DNA from: a bacterium
GTDB lineage: Bacteria; Zhuqueibacterota; Zhuqueibacteria; Oceanimicrobiales; Oceanimicrobiaceae
DNA length: 64,000 nt
Direction: 5' to 3'
Assembly (NCBI GenBank): GCA_046757025.1
Contig: JBHHXN010000006.1
Span: forward strand, 25,944 to 89,943
A program made the position numbers and the translations under genes. Below, one piece after another: positions 1-7,900 of this stretch (position 1 is the stretch's first letter; each line of letters opens with the position of its first letter). Under the pieces are notes generated by a model that worked only from the letters and a program-made list of their open reading frames with translations, had not been told where the DNA came from and did not search any database.

Positions 1-215
1 TGCTGAGAATAAACTTGGAACTGGCTATTCGTGCAAAAGGCATTTTGCTGATGCGACAATCGGGGTTTAAAGCCGCAGCGGCTCCTGACATAAAACAAAA
101 ATTGGAAGAATTACAGTACCTTGAAAAAAGTATAGGCAGAACCGGCAAACTCGCCATCCTGCCGTTTTTACATACCAGTCATCGCGATCTCTGGCAGTTG
201 TACATGGTCAAATAA
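1..215 (+). CDS. C-terminal end of a protein truncated by the window edge, probably PrsW-family intramembrane protease
   Basis: Frame is open from the window start. LRINLELAIRAKGILLMR...LEKSIGRTGKLAILPFLHTSHRDLWQLYM resembles the C-terminal extension I recall from PrsW-family proteins; the catalytic part is outside the window. Confidence 0.5.
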   Translation, partial: LRINLELAIRAKGILLMRQSGFKAAAAPDIKQKLEELQYLEKSIGRTGKLAILPFLHTSHRDLWQLYMVK

Positions 216-356
216 TCGTTGACAATATAGAGAAATATTCATAATTTTTTAACACCTCAACTGAGCGATTCATCATCGGGGGATTAGGGTGTTCAAGTTT
301 TGCTTGAGGGAAGATATCAGACCACATTTTTTTCATTTTTAAAATGAGAGGAAACT

Positions 357-1700
357 TTGTTTACTTCGTCATCTGATCAGAAAGACCTGGCGGATAATGG
401 CTTGACTACAGATGTTAAAAACATCATAGCAAAAAAAGACGATGAGATACAAAAACTTAAATCTGCGGTTGAAGAGTTAAGCGTATTAAACGATTTAGCT
501 ATTGATGCCAGCCTCTCCTTGGAAGTGGATCAGATGCTGGACATCATCGTGGAAAAATCCATCAAGGCTGTGAAAGCAGAACAGGGCTCCATTTTGCTGG
601 TTACGGAACAGGCTGATTCGCCATTAAAAACGCTCATTCGGCAGGCAGATGCAAGGAGCCGATTGCTCACTTACCGGGTGGGTACGCACATCACCGGCTG
701 GGTGCTCAAAAATCAAAAACCGCTGATGATTGAAGATCTGGCAAACGACGACCGATTCCGGCCCACGGAGCAGGAAAGCAAAGAAATCCGTTCTGTTCTG
801 TGTGTCCCCATCCGCTTAAAAGCCAAAATCATCGGTATTCTCATGGTGACCAACAAAAAGACCATGCAACCGTTTAGCGAAAGCGATTTGCGGCTGCTCT
901 CCATCATCGCAGCGCAATCCGGCCAGCTCATTCGCAATTCACAACTGCAGCAGGAAGCCCTGGAAAAGAAACGATTGCAAGACGAATTAGCGGTGGCGCG
1001 CAAAATTCAACTTAGCTTACTGCCGAAAACCAGCCCGGAGATTGAGAATTTTGAAATTGCCAATTACTTTAATCCGGCTACCGAGGTAGGCGGCGACTAT
1101 TTCGACTATTTTCAGTTCGATGATTCACAATTTGGTCTTGTGCTGGCGGACGTCTCCGGACATGGGCCGTCTGCTGCCCTAGTGATGACGTTGGTTAAAG
1201 GTATTTTACACGCCATCACCCACAAATTCAGCTCTCCCGATACCTTGTTGGCGGAAATGAATAAAATTCTCAGCGAGGTCATTCCCAAAGAGGTGTTTGT
1301 GACAATGGTGTTTTTAGTATTTGATCTGAAAGAAAACACACTGCGATTTTCCAATGCCGGGCATAATCCTATATTACACTATTCTCTCGATGGTAAGTCC
1401 TGTGGTAAAATAGAGCTCAAGGGCCCCGCACTCGGATTAACCAGTTTATCCGTGTATCAGCAAATGGATATCCCCCTGTTTTCCGGGGACGTTATTTTAA
1501 TTTACACCGACGGCGTGACCGAAGCTTTCAATCAAAAAGGTGACATGTTCGAAGAAGAGCGACTGCGGCAGGCTTTAAAACAGACCGCGTCGTACGACGC
1601 CCGCGCCATCATCGAAAATCTGCGAATGGCGCTTTATACATTTAAAGACGGCGCTCCGCAGGCTGATGACGAAGCCATGATCGCCGTAAAAATCAAGTAA
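357..1700 (+). CDS. GAF + PP2C/SpoIIE serine phosphatase (RsbU-like)
   Basis: N-terminal coiled coil, GAF domain (SVLCVPI...IGILMVTNK...F), SpoIIE motifs VGGDYFD, ADVSGHG, NAGH, YTDGVTEA, DD. TTG start preceded by GAGGGA. Confidence 0.92.
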   Translation: MFTSSSDQKDLADNGLTTDVKNIIAKKDDEIQKLKSAVEELSVLNDLAIDASLSLEVDQMLDIIVEKSIKAVKAEQGSILLVTEQADSPLKTLIRQADARSRLLTYRVGTHITGWVLKNQKPLMIEDLANDDRFRPTEQESKEIRSVLCVPIRLKAKIIGILMVTNKKTMQPFSESDLRLLSIIAAQSGQLIRNSQLQQEALEKKRLQDELAVARKIQLSLLPKTSPEIENFEIANYFNPATEVGGDYFDYFQFDDSQFGLVLADVSGHGPSAALVMTLVKGILHAITHKFSSPDTLLAEMNKILSEVIPKEVFVTMVFLVFDLKENTLRFSNAGHNPILHYSLDGKSCGKIELKGPALGLTSLSVYQQMDIPLFSGDVILIYTDGVTEAFNQKGDMFEEERLRQALKQTASYDARAIIENLRMALYTFKDGAPQADDEAMIAVKIK

Positions 1701-2087
1701 TATCAAATCAGTTTGATTTTTTAGTGTTAGAACGAAAGTCCGTTTTTGTCATTCTACAGAAAATACAACTACCGATTTATTCTCAAAGTTGTAAACAGAT
1801 TATGCAAATCAAATAATTGTGAGCTATTTTTAAAAGAACATCCCAGAGTACAGATTAGGACCGATCTTATGAAATATTCTCAAAAAAAATTCAATGAAAA
1901 CAGTCTATGCTTGCTTTTTTGCGAATTTGGTTTTCTCACTTCAAGCATATTCTAGTGATTTGTCTTCTGCTGGGTAGGCACTACTGACTTTGAAGAGCGG
2001 TCAGAGGTTATAATGAAAAATTGGTGGCATGTCTTTTAAATATAAAATACAATGTAAAATTCTGTAAAAGAAGGTGTTCTACCTTTA

Positions 2088-2242
2088 GAGGCTGTGTGAA
2101 AACACGCAAACTACGCGTCTGTCATTCTGCAGGCATCTTTTTTGTTTTGACGTAAAGTGCTGTTTATTAAAAAGATTTATCCAGAATGACATTGACGGTG
2201 AAATTGGTTATAAGTTGACATTTCGATTTTTCACACAGCCTC
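2088..2242. mobile_element. MITE with IS1182/IS5-like terminal inverted repeats
   Basis: 15-bp perfect TIR GAGGCTGTGTGAAAA...TTTTCACACAGCCTC, flanked by direct repeat TTTA (2084-2087 / 2243-2246). Internal GTCATTCTG...CAGAATGAC palindrome; no transposase. Confidence 0.75.
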
Positions 2243-2340
2243 TTTAGGCGGCAGCAGGCCGAAGCTTGATCAACTCTCCACAAGTTCATTTTGCAGATGT
2301 CTAAAAAAAGCAATTATCATCGATAAAAGGAGCGTTTCCT

Positions 2341-3657
2341 TTGATAGAAATCAAAAATTCAAAAAACCATGAAATAGCCAAGCTTACCGACGAAAACAAC
2401 CGGCTAAAGAAATCCATTGAAGACCTGAAAATTATCAATGAACTGGCAAAAATTATCAGCTCAACCATTCCCGTGGAGCAGATTTTAAATAAAGTCACCA
2501 CCGTGTCGGTTAGAGCCATTGGCGCGGAGCAGGGTACCATTTCATTGTTGAATGAACAGGAAGAAGAGGATGAATTCAAAACGTTGATTCGAAAGGTCGA
2601 TGCCTCAAAAGTGACCAACAAATATCGACTGGATGATGATTTGAGCGGCTGGATGATTAAATATCGTAAACCGTTGATGATCACTAACTTTAATCAGGAC
2701 CGTACCTTCAAAAGGCAATACGAAAATTCGGAGAAAATTCGCTCAATATTGAGTGTACCGTTGGTATGCAAAGGCAAACTCATCGGCGTTTTGAATCTAT
2801 TCAATAAAAAACAGGATGGCCAGTTTACGCTTGATGATCAACGCCTGTTATCCATCATTGCATCGCAGTCGGCACAGGTGATTGAAAATGCCCGGTTATA
2901 TGAAGAAGAGGAGCAGCTGCGTCTCATTGAGCAAGAGCTGAAAACGGCCCATGCCATTCAGGTGGGACTGCTGCCGAAAGAGAGTCCGCGAATTAGCGGA
3001 TTTGATGTGGCCGGCCGAAGTTATCCGGCCACAGAGGTAGGCGGCGACTATTTTGATTTTATTGAACTGGATGACCACCTCTGGGGCATTGCGTTGGGCG
3101 ATGTTTCGGGCAAAGGCATTCCGGCCGCGTTGCTGATGTCCAATTTACAGGCTACGCTGCGGAATCAGGCCTTGCACAACGCTTCTCTGGTTGAATGCAT
3201 AGAAAAGGCTAATCAATTTTTGTGTTACAACACTGAATCCACCAAATTCGTCACGCTTTTTTGTGGAAAACTAAATTCAGAAAAGCGAACTTTTCAATTT
3301 GTCAATGCTGGACACAATTTTCCATTTTACCTTAACACCAAAGGGGAATTTGAAACGTTGGAAATCGGCGGGGTGGTACTCGGCATGATTCCCGAGTTTA
3401 CCTTTGATCAAGGCGAGGTGCATTTGCAGCCTGGAGAAATTATTGTGGTTTATTCCGACGGAGTGACCGAAGCAGAAAACGAACTAGAGGAATTGCTCGG
3501 TGAGGAACGGTTAAAAAACATTATTTTGGATAATCGTCATTTAAGTGCTCAGGAACTGGTTGAAATTATTTATCAAAAAGTGAAAGAATTTAGCGGTGCG
3601 GCGAAACAGGACGATGACATCACCATCGTCGTATTGAAAGCAGAAAACGCTCATTAA
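2341..3657 (+). CDS. GAF + PP2C/SpoIIE serine phosphatase (RsbU-like), paralogue of 357..1700
   Basis: Same architecture: GAF, VGGDYFD, GDVSGKG, NAGH, YSDGVTEA, QDDDIT. AAGGAG precedes the TTG start. Confidence 0.92.
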   Translation: MIEIKNSKNHEIAKLTDENNRLKKSIEDLKIINELAKIISSTIPVEQILNKVTTVSVRAIGAEQGTISLLNEQEEEDEFKTLIRKVDASKVTNKYRLDDDLSGWMIKYRKPLMITNFNQDRTFKRQYENSEKIRSILSVPLVCKGKLIGVLNLFNKKQDGQFTLDDQRLLSIIASQSAQVIENARLYEEEEQLRLIEQELKTAHAIQVGLLPKESPRISGFDVAGRSYPATEVGGDYFDFIELDDHLWGIALGDVSGKGIPAALLMSNLQATLRNQALHNASLVECIEKANQFLCYNTESTKFVTLFCGKLNSEKRTFQFVNAGHNFPFYLNTKGEFETLEIGGVVLGMIPEFTFDQGEVHLQPGEIIVVYSDGVTEAENELEELLGEERLKNIILDNRHLSAQELVEIIYQKVKEFSGAAKQDDDITIVVLKAENAH

Positions 3658-3696
3658 TAACGGATTCGGATAGCAAAAAGTCATTTGTCGAGTTGT

Positions 3697-4074
3697 ATGA
3701 AGATCATCTGTTTCCGGCTAATCTCAGGCATTTTTTGCACCCTCCTTCTGATCATGTTTAGTTGTAAAAACCGGCCTCCCGAAGATATCACCGATCCCGG
3801 ACAATTGCTATATCTGGGCTATGTCAAAAAAAAAGTGAATTGTTCAAAATGTCACGGACCGGACGGTCAGGGTGGATTGGACGCACCTGATATTCGGCCG
3901 GCTTTTAAGAAATTTGGCGAAAAAAAAATTGTCACGTTTATCCTGGAAGGCAAAGGCAAAGGTAAAAATGCCATGCCGCCGTTTGCCGATGAGATCACTT
4001 CTCTGGAGCTGGAGCAATTGATGCGCTTTCTGGAGACGCTTAAACCGCTTCCCGACAGCTTACAACCGGAGTAA
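3697..4074 (+). CDS. Monoheme class I cytochrome c, probable lipoprotein
   Basis: CSKCH heme-binding motif, distal Met in NAMPPF, hydrophobic leader ending in MFS-C. Confidence 0.85.
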   Translation: MKIICFRLISGIFCTLLLIMFSCKNRPPEDITDPGQLLYLGYVKKKVNCSKCHGPDGQGGLDAPDIRPAFKKFGEKKIVTFILEGKGKGKNAMPPFADEITSLELEQLMRFLETLKPLPDSLQPE

Positions 4075-4079
4075 GTAAA

Positions 4080-4115
4080 AAAAGCGGCTATTCAATATCA
4101 AGAACAGCCGCTTTT
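4080..4115. terminator. Probable bidirectional intrinsic terminator
   Basis: AAAAGCGGCT-A-TTC...GAA-C-AGCCGCTTTT hairpin with A and T tracts, lying between convergent genes. Confidence 0.65.
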
Positions 4116-4215
4116 CTAATTGATCAAACCCTTCGCCTTTCACTGAAGGCAACAGTCGTCCTTCCCTGACAACAGAAAAGTCAATTTAATTTTGGGCATC
4201 AATCGAAAACATCAT

Positions 4216-4386
4216 CTATGGTGGTGGTTCCGTTGGATCGGCCAAAGATGCTGGGGGGGGTTCATTCGGATCTGCTTGAGCTGACGCCGGCGGTGGTTCG
4301 TTGGGATCCGCTTTTCCTTTTGAAAAAAGTCGAGACTTTAAACTCGACCACTTCCCCATTTTCTCTTCGGCAGTTTTTTTATCCAT
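4216..4386 (-). CDS. Unannotated 56-aa peptide with three ADP(N/T)EPPP repeats
   Basis: MDKKTAEEKMGKWSSLKSRLFSKGK-ADPNEPPPASAQ-ADPNEPPPASL-ADPTEPPP*. Strong SD AGGAGGTGA just upstream; ATG lies 19 nt after the kinase stop. Repeats differ at synonymous positions. Confidence 0.75.
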   Translation of the reverse strand: MDKKTAEEKMGKWSSLKSRLFSKGKADPNEPPPASAQADPNEPPPASLADPTEPPP

Positions 4387-4404
4387 GAAATTCACCTCCT
4401 TTCA

Positions 4405-7170
4405 TTACTTTTTAGAGTTCGCTGGCAAATTTGAAATTTTATTATTTAAAAATGCAACTTTTTGTAAATTACCATCCGCTCCGGCCCAAAAATCAAGAGC
4501 TAAGCGGTAGGTGTGAAAAGCCTCTTCCGGCGCGTTATCTTTTTCATAAGCCTCTGCTAATCCTAACAGCGCATAGACATTCTGTGGATTGAATTGCAAG
4601 GCTAATTTATACGTTTCAATGGCATTCTGAAGTTGACCAGCTTGTGAATAACCATCCGCTAATGCTTTCAAATAGAATGACCGGTTCAATGGAAACAAAT
4701 CCAGAGCCTTTTTAAAAGAGACCTCAGCTTCATCATAATCTTCTGCAAACAAGGAGACCATCCCTTGCAAATGATGCAAAAACCACCTTCCTTCCAGCTC
4801 TCCCAACGACGCGAAGGATCGCTCAAGAATGGCGATTTCGTGGAAAATTTCTTGTCGGTTGCCATTTTCCAGCAAGATTAAACCACGCAGCCAGTGCGCT
4901 TCCAGATTGTTGGGATTAGTAATGATGGCATCATCAATGGTCGTTTCCGCAACTGGCAGGTTGCCCGTTCTTAAATGCACCATGGCCAGATTGGTATAAC
5001 CCATGGATTTAAAATAATTACCGGCAGAAGTATTGACATACTTCGTTAAAACTTTTTCTGCTTGCGAGTATTTTCCCTGACCCGACAACGCCTGCGCAAG
5101 TCGAATGGGTACGTATTTAAAATCCGGCTGCAAGGCGAGAATGCGGTCACAAATAGTCACGGCTTCTTCATATTCGCCGATGAGTACCAGGATTTCCGCC
5201 ATGGAGTCGAGCGGATTGACGTCGGTGGGATTCAACTGCATTAACTTATCCATCATGGCCAGGGCTTTTTCCTTTTCACCTTTGGCCAGAAAAGCATAAC
5301 CAAGCGTGTTGTAGGCAAGCACGTAGGTCGAATCCAGCTCGATGGACTTTTGAATTTCCGAAATGCCCGCATCGATTTGACGAAATTTTCGGTATTGCGT
5401 CCAGCCATATTTATAATGCGTAGAGGCTTTAAAGGGGTTGATTTTGAGCAACCTTTTCTGATGAGATGCATACTCCTGCCAGCGATGTTCAATCCGGGCT
5501 TCATTACTTAAGTATTCCAATCTCATTTCAAGAGAAAGATTTTCAATATACGGTTTACCGCTTGATAACACTTGTTTGGCTTTGTTTCGATTCCCGATGA
5601 GGGAATATTGCCACGCCAGGTAATAATACGGTTCGATGAATGTGGAATCCAGGGAGATTGCTTTATTCAAGAGGGCAATGCTCTCCTTGTGCCGCAGATC
5701 CAGTGCAGCATCCTTGCCTTCTACGTAATAGCGAAATGCGTCCAGGGAGGAAGTGGTCAAAGACGCCACGCTGCTTTCTACCACATTTTCAGCAGCTTCA
5801 AAATTCAACACCCCGACCAATTGCGAAGTAAACTCATCGACGAGATTATAAAGCTGGCTGATATTGCTCTCCAGGGGTTTCAATGACGCAACAGACGTGC
5901 CTTTACGGCTGTCTAAAATCTCCGCCTCCACCTGAATGGTTTCGTTTTGTTTGTTGAGTTTACCGACAATGACCTTTTGGGCATTGGCTTTTTGCGCAAT
6001 TCGAATAGCTTCTTCCCGTGTGACGTTTTTGTTTTGGATGCCTAAATTCTGCATGATCTGATTCCTCTGTTCCGCGCTCAAAACGCGTATGGTGGAATCC
6101 TGGGACAAATCGGTATTCAATAAATCCATAAAAGCACCACTCAGCCACGACCAGTCTTCATCGACATTGTCCAGATAAAAAGGCATAATGGCGATAGCCG
6201 TACCCACCTCGTGCATTTTGCTTTCCGGCCTTAGTATGGCAAACAAAACGATGAGCAGAAGACCTAAAGAAAGACCGCCGAGTGTCGCAAACATTCGTTT
6301 TCGACTGAATTTTGGTTTTGGCTTGGGGGAAGTCTGCGCGGTTTTTGTTGCCCTTTCATCGAGCAACTCTTTCAATGTTAACTCAATTTCTCTGGCGTTT
6401 TGAATTCGGACCTCCAAGTCTTTTGCCAGAGCTTTGGTCACTAACTGTTGGTATTTATCAGATATCTCAGGTCGGATGCTGCAAATGGCTTCGGGTTCCT
6501 CATTGATGATGGCATAACCGATGGCCGCGCTGTATTCGCCTTGAAACGGTTGTCTGCCAGTACCGAGCTCGTACAAAACCGTACCCAGCGAAAAGATATC
6601 GCTGCGGTGATCGACTGGCAATCCCTGTAATTGCTCGGGAGACATGTAAGCCGCGGTGCCGATAACGCTTTCCTGCCGGGTGATTTGCGTCAGGTTTGCG
6701 ACCTTTGCCAAACCGAAATCGAGAATCTTGACTTGACCGTCTTTCGTTAAGATGATATTGCCCGGCTTGATATCCCTGTGAATGATGCCCTTTTGGTGCG
6801 CTTCTGCCAATCCCCGGGCAATTTGCACACCGATGGCATAAACTTTATCTATAGGGATTTCAGATTTAAGCAGAAGGCTTTGCAGCGTATCGCCAGGGTA
6901 GTAGCCCATGCTGATAAACATGTAATCGTCGGATTCGTCGATTTCATACACCATGGCAATGTTTGGATGCTCCAAAGCAGAAATGGCTTTCGCTTCTTGA
7001 ACGAATCTCTGACGAAACTCTGAGTCAGCAAGAAATTCTTTGTTTAGAAATTTCAGAGCAACCAGCCGGTCCAGTTTTAAGTCCTTTGCCTTATAAACGA
7101 CACCCATGCCGCCGCTGCCAATTTCTTCAAGTATTTTATAATGAGATAACTGTCGTCCGACCAAGTTCAT
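4405..7170 (-). CDS. Membrane-anchored Hanks-type Ser/Thr protein kinase with TolB-N-like domain and TPR repeats
   Basis: GSGGMG, VALK, HRDIKPGN, DFG and YMSPE motifs; TM helix (LGGLSLGLLLIVLFAIL); AIAIMPF segment; multiple TPR-like repeats. Confidence 0.93.
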   Translation of the reverse strand: MNLVGRQLSHYKILEEIGSGGMGVVYKAKDLKLDRLVALKFLNKEFLADSEFRQRFVQEAKAISALEHPNIAMVYEIDESDDYMFISMGYYPGDTLQSLLLKSEIPIDKVYAIGVQIARGLAEAHQKGIIHRDIKPGNIILTKDGQVKILDFGLAKVANLTQITRQESVIGTAAYMSPEQLQGLPVDHRSDIFSLGTVLYELGTGRQPFQGEYSAAIGYAIINEEPEAICSIRPEISDKYQQLVTKALAKDLEVRIQNAREIELTLKELLDERATKTAQTSPKPKPKFSRKRMFATLGGLSLGLLLIVLFAILRPESKMHEVGTAIAIMPFYLDNVDEDWSWLSGAFMDLLNTDLSQDSTIRVLSAEQRNQIMQNLGIQNKNVTREEAIRIAQKANAQKVIVGKLNKQNETIQVEAEILDSRKGTSVASLKPLESNISQLYNLVDEFTSQLVGVLNFEAAENVVESSVASLTTSSLDAFRYYVEGKDAALDLRHKESIALLNKAISLDSTFIEPYYYLAWQYSLIGNRNKAKQVLSSGKPYIENLSLEMRLEYLSNEARIEHRWQEYASHQKRLLKINPFKASTHYKYGWTQYRKFRQIDAGISEIQKSIELDSTYVLAYNTLGYAFLAKGEKEKALAMMDKLMQLNPTDVNPLDSMAEILVLIGEYEEAVTICDRILALQPDFKYVPIRLAQALSGQGKYSQAEKVLTKYVNTSAGNYFKSMGYTNLAMVHLRTGNLPVAETTIDDAIITNPNNLEAHWLRGLILLENGNRQEIFHEIAILERSFASLGELEGRWFLHHLQGMVSLFAEDYDEAEVSFKKALDLFPLNRSFYLKALADGYSQAGQLQNAIETYKLALQFNPQNVYALLGLAEAYEKDNAPEEAFHTYRLALDFWAGADGNLQKVAFLNNKISNLPANSKK

Positions 7171-7437
7171 GCGATAAATCTTGTATAAGGGTAAAAAAAA
7201 ACGCTCCCCTACATCCAGAACGCTTTAAGATTTGTAAAAGTGATTTTGAATAATAACCCAATGGCGAGTACCAGGATGCAACCTCAGTATCTATGATAAC
7301 AATAAATTTACTTGAAGTCAAGGGAAAATTGATAATTACACATGTTTATCCTTTTCCAAATTTTTTGTTAATTATTCTAAAATACTCCAAACAATCAAGG
7401 AAGTTGGCGTCATTTTGAAAAATTATTAAAAAAGAAC

Positions 7438-7482
7438 TTGACAATTACTAAATTATTAATTATGTTACTAACAAATTAGTAA
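7438..7482 (+). promoter_or_regulatory. Sigma70 promoter overlapped by a BlaI-type palindromic operator
   Basis: TTGACA (7438-7443), 17 bp, TATGTT (7461-7466). Palindrome TTACTAA-CAAA-TTAGTAA (7465-7482) and a second TTACTAA half-site at 7445-7451. AGGAGG SD before the repressor gene. Confidence 0.7.
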
Positions 7483-7505
7483 TTAAAAATAAATAGGAGG
7501 TCGCA

Positions 7506-7886
7506 TTGAAAAATCGAAAAAAATTAGCCGATGCCGAATGGGAAATTATGAACGGCATCTGGCACTTCAAAAAGCCCGTCACCGTCCGCGAAATGCACGC
7601 TCATCTTTATCCGAAAGGGGAGAAAGCCTATACGACGGTGCAAACCATCATGAATATTTTAGTCGAAAAAAAATTTTTAAGGAAAGATAAAATCGGTATG
7701 GTCAATTTTTACTTTCCCATTGTGGCGTATGAAGATTTCACCAGGCAGGAGACCCGAACCCTGGTTTCGCGCATTTTTGACGGCTCTTTTGGCGCGTTGG
7801 CAACTTATCTGGTGGATTCGGGAGAGCTTTCGCAAGAAGAGTTAATTCAACTGAAAGCGCTCATCAATTCAAAAAAGAAAGAATAA
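7506..7886 (+). CDS. BlaI/MecI/CopY family transcriptional repressor
   Basis: LADAEWEIM...W, AYTTVQTIMNILVEK winged HTH, FDGS...L dimerisation region; directly upstream of an M56 peptidase. Confidence 0.93.
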   Translation: MKNRKKLADAEWEIMNGIWHFKKPVTVREMHAHLYPKGEKAYTTVQTIMNILVEKKFLRKDKIGMVNFYFPIVAYEDFTRQETRTLVSRIFDGSFGALATYLVDSGELSQEELIQLKALINSKKKE

Positions 7887-7900
7887 TAGCGAGGCAAATC

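Noticed and set aside
1746..1955. 69-aa ORF between the phosphatases
   Set aside because: TTG start without SD, very AT-rich, no motif.
4301..4510. 69-aa plus-strand ORF
   Set aside because: Antisense to the kinase end and to the better-supported repeat peptide.
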